Part shown: piece after piece, positions 35,072 through 45,936 of the stretch | How positions within the stretch are numbered: position 1 is the stretch's first letter | Layout of the letters: each line of letters opens with the position of its first letter | Assembly (NCBI GenBank): GCA_048772705.1 | Contig: JBLWGC010000092.1 | Location: forward strand, 62,001 to 126,000 | DNA from: Leidyana gryllorum EB-2025a | Lineage: Eukaryota; Protista; Apicomplexa | DNA: 64,000 nt | Direction of reading: 5' to 3' | Program-made: the position numbers and the translations under genes | Notes under the pieces: generated by a model | What the model saw: only the letters and a program-made list of their open reading frames with translations | Database searches by the model: none | Told to the model about the DNA's origin: nothing

Positions 35072-36664
35072 ATGCGCGTTGTCTTCGTGGAATTGAGTCG
35101 CCAATGTGCCGCCTGGTCTCATTGGGCCACGTCTCTGGCCTCTCTTACGTTCGCATGCCCCATCGAGTTGAAGAGCGTCCGGATGCCGGCCCCCGCCTAC
35201 GTGGAGGACAAGAAGATGAAGGCCGACGATCTGAGTCAGCTGATGTCCTCGCGGGCATTCCGACAGCGATTCTTCCGCGTATTGGGGCTGAACGTTGAGG
35301 ATGACTCCCCGGGCAGCAACAATTTCATGATCGAGAATATTCCCAAAGAAAGCTATGCACGGCACGGCTGTGGAGGGCTGACTCCGAAGCTGAAGAAAAT
35401 CTTTCAGACTGGAGAGGAGGTGGCGGTGGTGAAACATCTGACCGCCGACATTGTTCAGTCGGTTAGAGACGCCTGGTCAGATTTGTATCGCCAGGCGGTT
35501 GCCGAGCGACAAGTGGATCCGCGAAACCGGGTCGACTTCAATAAGCTTCTGCAGGCCAAATTGATCGCTAAGAACAAAGTTGAGATCACTGGGGCCCTTC
35601 TGAAACACCCGATGGAGGCGGTGATGGTTTTCCCCAAAACATTGACCGATCTTCCGGTGATCAACTTTTACTCCGTCAAGTCGAGATTGATTGGGTCCAA
35701 ACGCCGACTGGGATTCGTCTACGATGTGGCCACTGGCACAGTGTACCGCGTCTCCAAAGGCAAAGCGGGCGTTGTGAAAGCCCCGATGGGCGAGAAACTC
35801 ACCAAAGATCAGTCCTTGGCCCAATGCGCCGATCTGATCGCCGGCAGAGACCGCTCGGTTGTGAACAGAGACGCTCTGATCAAGAAGATTCTGCCGCTGC
35901 TCAAAGTGGTCCAGACGGACCTGAGACCCCGAACCATCAGTACGGTGCGCTGGGCTCCAACCGAATATGAGCAGTGCTTACCGCCGCCGCCCACCGAACA
36001 GCCGGAAACGGGACACGTAAGCCTCGAATCGATTGGCGAGTCTTCCACAGATCATGACGAGCCACTCTGGAACGCAAGAGTCATTCGTTTCGATCACATT
36101 GGAGAGTCTTCCACTGACGATGGCGTCTCGTTTCGTGAAACTGTTTCCAGCGAGGACCCCAATCTGTTGAACGAAGCGTTGGAAATCATTCAAACTGCTT
36201 TCGATGACGAAGTATTCATCACCGCCAGCACGGACGCTCCAGATAGCGCTACCCAGCCTATTGAAGCTGGCGACGGTGAGTCAGTGGAGTTCATTCCGCA
36301 AGTTGCACATCCCATCCCCCAGGCCCAGGACGAGCCCGCAACCCCTGAAGACTCCTTCCAAACCGCCCTCGGAGATGATTTCGTCCCCGAAGGAGAGGTC
36401 GAAGAAGATGTCTTCAGAAGCTTTCCGCCATCAAACCCGCCCGCTGCTCCCGTTGGCCCATCTGAGGGTATCCAAGTGGAAGAAGCTGAACCAATTCAGG
36501 AGGAAGTTAATGAGATTGTGAATGCTGAGGCCCCTGCTGCTGTGGTCGTGGTCGAGGCGCCTGCTGCCCCCGCAGCAAAGTCGCCTTTTTCCAAGTATAA
36601 GAGCCAAGGAAGTGTCAAGCGGCGTCTGAAGAATGCGCGTATGCACTGGGCTATGGCCCACTGA
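35072..36664 (+). CDS. Orphan C: intronless hypothetical protein (530 aa) with acidic disordered tail
   Basis: Long ORF; globular N-half, E/P/A-rich C-half with IGESSTD repeated twice. Confidence 0.75.
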   Translation: MRVVFVELSRQCAAWSHWATSLASLTFACPIELKSVRMPAPAYVEDKKMKADDLSQLMSSRAFRQRFFRVLGLNVEDDSPGSNNFMIENIPKESYARHGCGGLTPKLKKIFQTGEEVAVVKHLTADIVQSVRDAWSDLYRQAVAERQVDPRNRVDFNKLLQAKLIAKNKVEITGALLKHPMEAVMVFPKTLTDLPVINFYSVKSRLIGSKRRLGFVYDVATGTVYRVSKGKAGVVKAPMGEKLTKDQSLAQCADLIAGRDRSVVNRDALIKKILPLLKVVQTDLRPRTISTVRWAPTEYEQCLPPPPTEQPETGHVSLESIGESSTDHDEPLWNARVIRFDHIGESSTDDGVSFRETVSSEDPNLLNEALEIIQTAFDDEVFITASTDAPDSATQPIEAGDGESVEFIPQVAHPIPQAQDEPATPEDSFQTALGDDFVPEGEVEEDVFRSFPPSNPPAAPVGPSEGIQVEEAEPIQEEVNEIVNAEAPAAVVVVEAPAAPAAKSPFSKYKSQGSVKRRLKNARMHWAMAH

Positions 36665-36706
36665 TCGGGCTCGAGTGGAAATTTTTTTTCGCGGGGTCTT
36701 CGACAT

Positions 36707-37144
36707 ATGCGGCCACCACGAAGCGAGACTCTGGGTGGAGGACTGATACCATCGACCGATTTGATTATCGGTCTGTGGAATCAGTGCTGTTGTTGCAGCC
36801 ACTCGGAGGATTACTACGGGCACACCACCACCACTACGGTGGTGGTCGATCATCACCGTCCTCGGCCTCGGCGGCGAGTGATCCGGCGTCCACGTCAAGT
36901 TGTGAAGAATAATATACATTATATCCATTCCTCGCCGCCGCCACCGCCCCCACCGGCGCCCGAGCAACCCCAGATACAAAACAACATCAATGTTGGACCG
37001 GTAGCGCCCGCACCGGCGCCTCAAGTGACAAACGTAATCTATCAACCGCCCACTTATTACCAACATTTGGCACCTGTCGTACATTATATTCATAATTTTC
37101 CGGCTGTGCATTATCCATCCACCACTACCATTGTGCATTACTGA
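36707..37144 (+). CDS. Orphan D: Cys-cluster, Pro/Val/His/Tyr-rich protein (145 aa)
   Basis: CCCC near the N-terminus, repeated (V/I)HY motifs, polyPro. Confidence 0.6.
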   Translation: MRPPRSETLGGGLIPSTDLIIGLWNQCCCCSHSEDYYGHTTTTTVVVDHHRPRPRRRVIRRPRQVVKNNIHYIHSSPPPPPPPAPEQPQIQNNINVGPVAPAPAPQVTNVIYQPPTYYQHLAPVVHYIHNFPAVHYPSTTTIVHY

Positions 37145-37451
37145 AAAGAGCAATGCGCGTTTCGATTAACGAACTAAATAAATCGATCAAATATCTAACT
37201 ATAATCACTCTTGAGGTCGAGACTTTATATGCGTCCCGATAAAAAACAAAGTAAACTCACTCATTGTGTATGAAAAGGTATCTGCTCTGCTGCTGAGGCG
37301 AGGCTTACGGGTTCGGTCAATTGGCTGCCGACCCATCGGGAAGAAGTGATTGTGTGTCTCCGCGCGGACGTGTGCTTCAATATGCATCGAGCTGTTGGTG
37401 TTACTTACATCCTGATTTATCCTCCTCTATCAATTTTTTTTTTTGGGTACA

Positions 37452-38333
37452 ATGCTGGTCCAAGCGTTCGTCAACGCTTTCATCCCACCTGTCAATGGCG
37501 GATACGCTGCCCAGCCACCGATGCCCAATATGATGCCGGAGGTTATGAATCAATTTGGTGCCTTGGGTGCTGGCGGCCTAAAAACCTCTGCCGGTTTCCA
37601 ACAACAAATCGCGGGCTCCATGGGATATGGTATAATGCAACAAGGTGTTCCCCATCAGCCAATGCCCCAACCACCCGCTACGGTTCAAAGTGCTTTGGCT
37701 ATGGGCCTGGGTGCTGCTGGGCAGGTCCAACAGGCAGCCCCTATGGCTGTCCCTGCGGCTTTCGGTCCGGTTGCCCCGGCTGCGCCCCTAATGGCAATGG
37801 GCGGTGTTGCTCAGTTCCAGCAGGCTGCGGCGCAGCAACATCTCGTTGCTGCTGCCCCTGCAGGGCTCCCCCAATTCGCCCTTCTGTATCAACCGGGCGC
37901 TGTTCAGTATCAAGTGGGACCCGCTGCTTCCCTGGACGCGAGGGGAGAGCACGAGAAAACAAAGGCCCGCATCTGGAGTTGGTTGGGCGCCCAGCCACAA
38001 GGGGCTGCCCAGATTCCGGCCATGTTCGGGAGCGAAGCGGAAGCGCTGGCCTGGGGTGCTGCAGGACAGTTTGCGAAAGGTTTGGAATTTGCGATTGACC
38101 CCTCAAGTAAGAGAGCACAGGTTGCAGATGCGATGGCTAAGAAGATTGAAGATCAGAGAGCCTTTTTCAAGCAGAATCAAACTATTAAAGGACTTCAGCA
38201 ACAGCTTCTGGCCATGCAACAACGAGAAGCAATGGCCAGGATGATAATGGCCCAACAACAACAGCCCCCAACGCAGAGGAGATCGCGACGAGAGGAGTCT
38301 GACTATTCCAGCTCCAGTTCGTCGTCAGATTAG
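37452..38333 (+). CDS. Orphan E: Gln/Ala/Gly/Met-rich protein with coiled-coil C-terminus
   Basis: Uninterrupted low-complexity ORF ending in QQQLLAMQQREAMARM...SSSSSSD. Confidence 0.65.
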   Translation: MLVQAFVNAFIPPVNGGYAAQPPMPNMMPEVMNQFGALGAGGLKTSAGFQQQIAGSMGYGIMQQGVPHQPMPQPPATVQSALAMGLGAAGQVQQAAPMAVPAAFGPVAPAAPLMAMGGVAQFQQAAAQQHLVAAAPAGLPQFALLYQPGAVQYQVGPAASLDARGEHEKTKARIWSWLGAQPQGAAQIPAMFGSEAEALAWGAAGQFAKGLEFAIDPSSKRAQVADAMAKKIEDQRAFFKQNQTIKGLQQQLLAMQQREAMARMIMAQQQQPPTQRRSRREESDYSSSSSSSD

Positions 38334-38408
38334 ACTGCTCAAGTGTCTGTATAGGATTTCCTCGTACGCAAGTAGAATTATTTTTTTGATCAGTCTTTCA
38401 CACCCAAC

Positions 38409-38789
38409 ATGTCCGGCAAAGCGGGCGTAGCCCAAAAGCAGCAAGCTGCTAAGAAGACTGCTAATAAGGGATTGACTCATGACCGTAGAAAGAGGAAGCG
38501 CCGTGGAGAGACCTTTGCACTGTATATTTACAAAGTATTGAAGCAGGTACAACCCAAGATGGGTGTGAGCAAGAAATCCATGGCCATTATGAACTCATTC
38601 ATCAACGATGTCCTCGAGCGACTTGCGAATGAGTCTATTCGCCTTATCCTCATCAACAAGAAACGCACTCTCAGCAGCCGCGAGATACAGACAGCTGTCA
38701 GACTTCTGCTTCCAGGAGAGCTCGCCAAACACGCCGCAGCCGAAGGAAACAAAGCCGTGGAGAAATACAAAAATAGGGGAACCGCTTAG
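38409..38789 (+). CDS. H2B.Z: Histone H2B variant, apicomplexan H2B.Z type
   Basis: N-tail [18 protein letters not shown]...RKRKRR and core YKVLKQV...MNSFIND...[22 protein letters not shown] match the H2B.Z/H2Bv pattern. Confidence 0.9.
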   Translation: MSGKAGVAQKQQAAKKTANKGLTHDRRKRKRRGETFALYIYKVLKQVQPKMGVSKKSMAIMNSFINDVLERLANESIRLILINKKRTLSSREIQTAVRLLLPGELAKHAAAEGNKAVEKYKNRGTA

Positions 38790-38841
38790 ACGGTCGATCT
38801 TTCTTCCATCAAGATAAGGGGGGATCGCCCGATCGATCTTT

Positions 38842-41079
38842 TTATGATTGCCGTTCGGCAAAGAACCTGCCGTGCCTCAGTGCTCGAACATTACGCTCCA
38901 ATGGCTTCAAAAAAACCCGGTATACGTTAGTCTTCTTTGTTTTGGTCGCCTTTCCAGCCCACATTTGGCCCCAGTTGCCGGTAGACTTTGTAAACTTGGA
39001 CCACGCACTCTTCTCGGTGCCACTCAGACCCTTCTTCAGGGGTTTGGAAACAGCGAATCGGTCCATTTCGCCCTCCATAACGCTCAGACGATCGGCCAAC
39101 TCGCTCAGATTCCGACACTCCAAACCCTGTAGCCACTGTAATTGAGGCCACACAGTCCCCAATGCTTCCATGTCGCCCACATCGACATCCCCAATACTGC
39201 TGCCGCTCCGTACCGTTGTCAGCCGAGGCGTCACAGGGGATCGCGGTTGAGACGGGTTCAATCCAACACCCAATCCATGCGTCGGATGTGCAGGCTGAGA
39301 TTGTGCCCCCAATTTTGTTTGGCTCGGAGCCATTTCACCAGAAGAGTTGCCAACACTGCCATCTGCATCGTCTCCGTGACCGGGCCGTAATTTTCTCTCG
39401 ATATCGGAGAGATATTGCCCCATTGGCATCACGATGGTCGTGGCGAACGCAGCATTTCTTTCGAACCACTGTTGAGACCCCAAATCCAGATACGTCATCG
39501 GATCAGAGGGGGGGAGCTCAGAATTAGCCTCCAGAGCTCGCTGGGAGACAGAAATGTGGTTTCGATCACAGAGTTTGTTGTCGACTGCTCACCTGAACAA
39601 AGACTTCTTCAAAGTAGTCAATGACTTGGAGAAGCATATGTTGAGGATTAGCAGCTGCCATATAAGCCACATCACCAGCTTTCAGACACAGTGTGAGTAT
39701 ATCTCGTCGAACTTCGCTCGATTGGAGAACTTGTTGAGCATTCTTCGCCTTGGACACTTCGCCTTTATACCGCACGCGCGCCTCGTTCAACACTCTGTGA
39801 TGATCCATCATGTCAGTGGCCAAGACGAGTTGCAGAATAGTCCGTCTGAGAGCTGCAAACTGCGGAGGAGTCGCTGTCTGGAGCACATTGCACTCGTCCC
39901 TATGGTGGCGATAAAATCATCCAAGTAACGTACGTAACTCACCGTTGTACGATTTGCATCAGACTGGCCGCGTGGTACTGTTCCAAGGCGTGACGATCGC
40001 AGTAGAGCAGAGAGAGCGGGTGATCCGTCTTTCGTATGAATGCATTGTTCTTCCCCGGGTGGCCCAAGTCGTGGCCTAAGGCTGCGATCGCGAGGGCCTT
40101 TTTGTCCAAAACATTCAAATGTTGATATATACCGATAATTCGGGCCAAATGGATTGTGTGGTGCGCGACGAGTGCGGCGTGATGGGCATTGTGGTACGGA
40201 TTGTCGAAATAACGTTCGGCGAGTTCCCCCAAAAGCCTTAGTGCCTGTTGTGGGTTGTGACCATTGTGAGGTAAAATGTACTGTAAACCAATGGCTATAA
40301 AAGTCTCGCGCTGTGGGTAATCGGGGGTTTCAGCAATGGGGTAGCCTAATTCAGCAAACGCGTGTTGGCACACCAATGCTCTTCTTCTGAATTCTAAGCT
40401 ATCTATGGGACTCTCCTCAGACTTTGAGGGGCTGGGCGCCTTTGGGGAGGGGGCTCGCGAAGACTCATGGTCGTCGCCCAATAGGATTCGAAGATTCCGC
40501 AGCGATGCTTTGCTCGCTAATAAAGGGGCTTTCCGTCGGAACCCTGGAATGATAGTCTCCGCCCAGGGCGTAGTGATCAATGTTACGGCATCGACGTCAC
40601 TCTCGTCTTCTCCCATTTTTGGATTAACTGAGGAGGTCATGCGGTGCTGGTGCAGAGTGCATGTGTCATTTTGGCCAGGGCAAGTCAGGAGGTCGAACGG
40701 CTCGATCGAACTTGGCCGGCGGCGCTGCCACTCGGGCCATCTCCAATCCCCCATTCACATCCGCATTCTCATCATTCTGATCTTTAGGCTGCTGCCATTT
40801 CCGCGATCGAAACCACCGCCGACGCGCGTTTGTGCTCCCGCCGCCTGTAGACTCTATTCGGTCCGGTGACTCACACGGGAACCGCAAATTCGGAGAATAG
40901 TTTGTAGCGTATTGAGGGTTCGGGGGGGCACGCGGGGTTAACGGTACACTGTGCGCCCGCGACCGATTCTTCGGCCGACGCCGCAGCTTGAAACAACGCT
41001 GACGGCATCCGGACGGGGCACCCCGCGGGCTCTCATCGTCAATTTGCTGCACGTACTGATCAGCATCTTTCAAACACAT
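38842..41079 (-). CDS. Class I 3',5'-cyclic nucleotide phosphodiesterase, multi-exon
   Basis: YFDNPYHNAHHA, AALGHDLGHPGKNNAF, LEQYHA, VLATDM..H, LKAGDV; the 5' exon structure is less certain. Confidence 0.9.
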
Positions 41080-41130
41080 CTTTTTTCAGCAGCACCCAAC
41101 CCACAACTGCGAGGTAAACCCTAAGAGAAG

Positions 41131-42205
41131 ATGCGGGTTCTGCTGCTTCTCTTGGCTCTCTGTGCCACATTCGGCGCCGCGGCCCCGGAAGTGGCCGTCA
41201 AAGCCGAGGCTGCCGGCGCTATAGAAGATATACCCCTGTCTGGATCCGTACTCGCAATGACTGCTGACAATGGCCTTTTCTCCGCTCTCGTTGCCTCTTT
41301 CTGTATCATTGTCGTCTCTGAGATTGGTGATAAGGTAACCATCAAACTGTCACGACGCCCTCCCCCCACCAAAACGCATCCTCAGACTTTCTTCATCGCG
41401 GCCCTATTAGCCATGAAAAGGGGAGCTTTTGTCACCTTCAGTGGTGCCGCCTCTGCCCTGGCCATTATGACACTCTTGTCTGCACTCGTCGGAAGAGCCC
41501 TTCCAGCTGTCCTCGACCCCAAATATACCCGTTTCGCCTCCATCATATTGTTCCTCTTCTTTGGCGGCAAACTACTCTACGAGGGGTATCACATGGAGAA
41601 GGAGTCTGAAGGGGGTAAGCCATTCCATCGCTAATCTTTCTACACACAATATACAACCTCGCAGAGGGACCTGCCGAACTCGCCGAAGTTGAGCATGCCC
41701 TCGCTGCCGCCGATGAGAAGAAGGAAGTCGATATAGAAGGTTCTCCAAACACCACCCTAACATATCCCAACCCCTTCTTCCACATCTCAACTCACTCCAC
41801 CACTGCAGCTGCTCGTGATGTCGCCACCCCCTCCAAGCCTTTTGCCGACTCCACCGGAATGCGAGTGCTCAAAACCTTGCACTCAATCCCTCTACTATTC
41901 ATTTCCGCTGCTTTCTTAGAGGTAACCCTTCTGTCAACACCTTTCACACCCCTAATTCTCAGGCATTTTCCCTTACTTTTGCTGCTGAATGGGGAGATCG
42001 TTCGCAGATCGCTACCTTTGCTCTCGGAGCCTCCAAGAATTTTGTTGGTGTCAATATCGGAGCCATTCTGGGGCATCTCAGCTGCACTGCGGGCGCCGTC
42101 ATAGGGGGCAAAGTTCTAGCTTCAAGGATTTCAGAACGATTGATAGCGTTCATTGGGGGTGGGACTTTCCTAGTTTTCGCAGTTTTGGGCGCCTTCTACT
42201 CCTAG
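41131..42205 (+). CDS. GDT1: GDT1/TMEM165 (UPF0016) Ca2+/Mn2+ transporter, multi-exon
   Basis: Two signature motifs, SEIGDK|TFFIAALLAM and AEWGDRSQIATFAL; signal peptide. Confidence 0.93.
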
Positions 42206-42517
42206 GAGAGATAATTCATCCCCAGCAAACGATAGCTAACATTGAGCAGCGACAAGTACAATATGTGACGACCATTGTGCCAACAAAGGCCTTCACCCAA
42301 TCTGAAGAGTCTATGCTGACGAGTTTCAAAAACAATTTGTACTCCACAAGTACAGATCACCCTCTTTGAGAACTGTGAAGCGAACCGAAGCGAACCAAAC
42401 CGCTCAAACCTACAGGCAGCGACCAACAACAAGCTTTGCAAGAGAAGAACATATGAGACAAATTAGTGTTGATCAGAAAGACTTCTGATAAATCAAAGAA
42501 AGCAAAACTGTCATCCT

Positions 42518-43834
42518 TTACTTCTTGCCCTTGGTAGTGTACTCCTTCTTCTCAACCTTCTTGATAACACCCACAGCAACGGTGTTTCTCATGTCACGGA
42601 CGGCGAAACGACCAAGAGGGGGGTAATCAGAGAAGGCCTCAACGCACATGGGCTTGGTGGGCTCGAGCTGGACGATAGCGGCATCGCCGTTCTTGACCAT
42701 GGTGGGGGCCTCGTCCATGACCTTGTTGGTACGCTTGTCCATCTTGCTCACAAGCTTGGCGAACTTGCAGGCAATGTGGGCAGTGTGGCAATCCAAGACA
42801 GGGGTGTAGCCGGCCTTGATCTCACCAGGGTGGTTGAGGATGATGACCTGAGCGTTGAAGCTCTGGGCGGGCTTGGCGGGGTCGTTCTTGTTGTCAGAGG
42901 CGACGTTGCCACGCTTGATGTCCTTGACGGAGACGTTCTTGACGTTGAAACCAACGTTGTCACCGGGGATGGCCTGGTCGATCTGCTCGTGGTGCATCTC
43001 AACGGATTTGACATCAGTGACAACACCGTTGGGGGCGAAGCAGACGGTCATGTTGGGCTTCAAGACGCCGGTCTCGACACGGCCAACAGGGACAGTTCCG
43101 ATACCGCCGATCTTGTAGACATCCTGGAGAGGAAGACGGAGGGGCTTGTCATCCGGGCGCTTGGGGACCTCCATCTTGTCCAAAGCCTCGACAAGAGTCA
43201 AACCTTTGTACCAGGGCATGTTGGAGGACTTCTCAAGCATGTTATCACCAACGAAACCGGAAATGGCAACGAAGGGAACGTTATCGGGCTTGTATCCGAC
43301 CTTCTTGAGGTAGCCAGCGACTTCTTTCTGGATCTCATCGAAACGCTCTTGCTTGTAACCGCAGGCATCCATCTTGTTGATACCAACGATCATTTGCTTC
43401 ACACCAAGAGTGAAGGCGAGCAAAGCGTGCTCACGAGTCTGACCTTCCTTGGAGAAGGCACCCTCGAAACCACCAACATCAGCAGGGACAACGAGAAGAG
43501 CAACATCAGCCTGAGAGGTACCAGTAATCATGTTCTTGATGAAATCACGATGTCCAGGGGCATCGATGACGGTGTACTCGAATCTGGGAGTCTCGAACTT
43601 CCAGAGGGCGATATCGATGGTGATACCACGTTCACGCTCGGCCTTGAGCTTGTCAAGAACCCAAGCGTACTTGAAGGAACCCTTGCCCATGTCATTGGCC
43701 TCCTTCTCGAACTTCTCGATGGTACGAGCATCAATGCCACCGAGCTTGTAGATCAGATGACCAGTTGTAGTAGACTTGCCAGAATCGACGTGGCCGATGA
43801 CAACAAGGTTGATGTGCTGCTTCTCCTTGCCCAT
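42518..43834 (-). CDS. EF1A: Elongation factor 1-alpha copy A (438 aa, intronless)
   Basis: [21 protein letters not shown]; ends EYTTKGKK. Confidence 0.98.
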   Translation of the reverse strand: MGKEKQHINLVVIGHVDSGKSTTTGHLIYKLGGIDARTIEKFEKEANDMGKGSFKYAWVLDKLKAERERGITIDIALWKFETPRFEYTVIDAPGHRDFIKNMITGTSQADVALLVVPADVGGFEGAFSKEGQTREHALLAFTLGVKQMIVGINKMDACGYKQERFDEIQKEVAGYLKKVGYKPDNVPFVAISGFVGDNMLEKSSNMPWYKGLTLVEALDKMEVPKRPDDKPLRLPLQDVYKIGGIGTVPVGRVETGVLKPNMTVCFAPNGVVTDVKSVEMHHEQIDQAIPGDNVGFNVKNVSVKDIKRGNVASDNKNDPAKPAQSFNAQVIILNHPGEIKAGYTPVLDCHTAHIACKFAKLVSKMDKRTNKVMDEAPTMVKNGDAAIVQLEPTKPMCVEAFSDYPPLGRFAVRDMRNTVAVGVIKKVEKKEYTTKGKK

Positions 43835-44016
43835 TGCGTTGAAGTGGTGGAAGTGAAAGAAGTGTAAGAAGAAAGGTAAGAAGGCAGAAAACCGCTGATC
43901 GTATTGATCAGAAACTGGATTAGAAAGCTTCTGGGACTTCGCACACACGTCTCCGCACACATTATGACTTGGGCAGCAGTACGGTTACTGTTGCCTATCT
44001 TACGACTATATGGCGT

Positions 44017-44478
44017 TTATATTTGGCCAGCGCCAATACCAGGTTTTGGTGGGTAGCTAGGACGTGATGGAGGCCTAATGCCGGGGCCCCCTCCGTAAGC
44101 GAAGGGAGGTCCTAAAAGAAATTGTGCTGAACGGGAGCGACCGGCTTGACTCACTAGGAGGTGCCACACCACCAGGGAAGGCTGCTGGGGCCATCGGACG
44201 AACTATCATGGGCACCTGAGGCTGATAGAAAGAGCCGCCAAAGGGTGGGGGTCTGAAAACCGTTTCATTGAGGTGTTGCGGAGGTCTGAAGTTAGGATCC
44301 CGGATGAGTGCTGACATTGTAGAAAGGGCATTGCTTAGCTTGGATATGACTTTTGCTTACACTGGTAGTACTCAATCTTATTGTTAATGTGCCGCCTGCC
44401 TGTGTTATGTTGGCGTCGTCCAGCGGGGGAACTGTGCGTGAGGTTGATGTCACAGTACTCACAGTAGTACTTGGGCAT
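44017..44478 (-). CDS. SNRPC: U1 snRNP protein C (3 exons, 122 aa)
   Basis: Exon 1 (44478-44361) [39 protein letters not shown] is the U1-C zinc finger; introns 44360-44311 and 44154-44112; Pro/Gly-rich tail. Confidence 0.93.
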
Positions 44479-44619
44479 GGTGATTAAAAAGGAGTTGAGG
44501 GGCTAAACGGCCGTTTCCGTTTTGTCCAGGGGTATCGGCTCCAAGAAATTCCCTTAATTTTTTGCAGCCTTCGAGGAGCTTTTCTTAAAGACTGAGCTTG
44601 ATTACTTACTGTTCTCAAA

Positions 44620-45936
44620 ATGGGCAAGGAGAAGCAGCACATCAACCTTGTTGTCATCGGCCACGTCGATTCCGGCAAGTCCACCACCACCGGTCACCTT
44701 ATCTACAAGCTCGGTGGCATTGATGCTCGTACCATCGAGAAGTTCGAGAAGGAGGCCAATGACATGGGCAAGGGTTCCTTCAAGTACGCTTGGGTTCTTG
44801 ACAAGCTCAAGGCCGAGCGTGAGCGTGGTATCACCATCGATATCGCCCTCTGGAAGTTCGAGACTCCCAGATTCGAGTACACCGTCATTGATGCCCCCGG
44901 CCATCGTGATTTCATCAAGAACATGATTACCGGTACTTCCCAGGCTGACGTTGCCCTCCTCGTCGTCCCCGCCGATGTTGGTGGTTTCGAGGGTGCCTTC
45001 TCCAAGGAAGGTCAGACTCGTGAGCACGCTTTGCTCGCCTTCACCCTCGGTGTGAAGCAAATGATCGTTGGTATCAACAAGATGGATGCCTGCGGTTACA
45101 AGCAAGAGCGTTTCGATGAGATCCAGAAGGAAGTCGCTGGCTACCTCAAGAAGGTCGGATACAAGCCCGATAACGTTCCCTTCGTTGCCATCTCCGGTTT
45201 CGTTGGTGACAACATGCTTGAGAAGTCCTCCAACATGCCCTGGTACAAGGGCTTCACCCTTGTCGAGGCTTTGGACAAGATGGAGGTCCCCAAGCGCCCT
45301 GATGACAAGCCCCTCCGTCTTCCTCTCCAGGATGTCTACAAGATCGGCGGTATCGGAACTGTCCCTGTTGGCCGTGTCGAGACCGGCGTCTTGAAGCCCA
45401 ACATGACCGTCTGCTTCGCCCCCAACGGTGTTGTCACTGATGTCAAATCCGTTGAGATGCACCACGAGCAGATCGACCAGGCCATCCCCGGTGACAACGT
45501 TGGTTTCAACGTCAAGAACGTCTCCGTCAAGGACATCAAGCGTGGCAACGTCGCCTCTGACAACAAGAACGACCCCGCCAAGCCCGCCCAGAGCTTCAAC
45601 GCTCAGGTCATCATCCTCAACCACCCTGGTGAGATCAAGGCCGGCTACACCCCTGTCTTGGATTGCCACACTGCCCACATTGCCTGCAAGTTCGCCAAGC
45701 TTGTGAGCAAGATGGACAAGCGTACCAACAAGGTCATGGACGAGGCCCCCACCATGGTCAAGAACGGCGATGCCGCTATCGTCCAGCTCGAGCCCACCAA
45801 GCCCATGTGTGTTGAGGCCTTCTCTGACTACCCCCCTCTTGGTCGTTTCGCCGTCCGTGACATGAGAAACACCGTTGCTGTGGGTGTTATCAAGAAGGTT
45901 GAGAAGAAGGAGTACAACGTCAAGGGCAAGAAGTAA
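44620..45936 (+). CDS. EF1A: Elongation factor 1-alpha copy B (438 aa, intronless)
   Basis: Near-identical to copy A; ends EYNVKGKK. Confidence 0.98.
   Translation: MGKEKQHINLVVIGHVDSGKSTTTGHLIYKLGGIDARTIEKFEKEANDMGKGSFKYAWVLDKLKAERERGITIDIALWKFETPRFEYTVIDAPGHRDFIKNMITGTSQADVALLVVPADVGGFEGAFSKEGQTREHALLAFTLGVKQMIVGINKMDACGYKQERFDEIQKEVAGYLKKVGYKPDNVPFVAISGFVGDNMLEKSSNMPWYKGFTLVEALDKMEVPKRPDDKPLRLPLQDVYKIGGIGTVPVGRVETGVLKPNMTVCFAPNGVVTDVKSVEMHHEQIDQAIPGDNVGFNVKNVSVKDIKRGNVASDNKNDPAKPAQSFNAQVIILNHPGEIKAGYTPVLDCHTAHIACKFAKLVSKMDKRTNKVMDEAPTMVKNGDAAIVQLEPTKPMCVEAFSDYPPLGRFAVRDMRNTVAVGVIKKVEKKEYNVKGKK

Noticed and set aside
29859-38333. Island as an endogenous virus or Polinton
   Set aside because: No polB, integrase, packaging ATPase or jelly-roll capsid motifs recognised, and no long terminal repeats; kept only as an open alternative
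43835-43960. 42-aa N-terminal extension of EF1-alpha copy A in the ORF track
   Set aside because: GTG start; copy B and all EF1-alpha proteins begin at MGKEK
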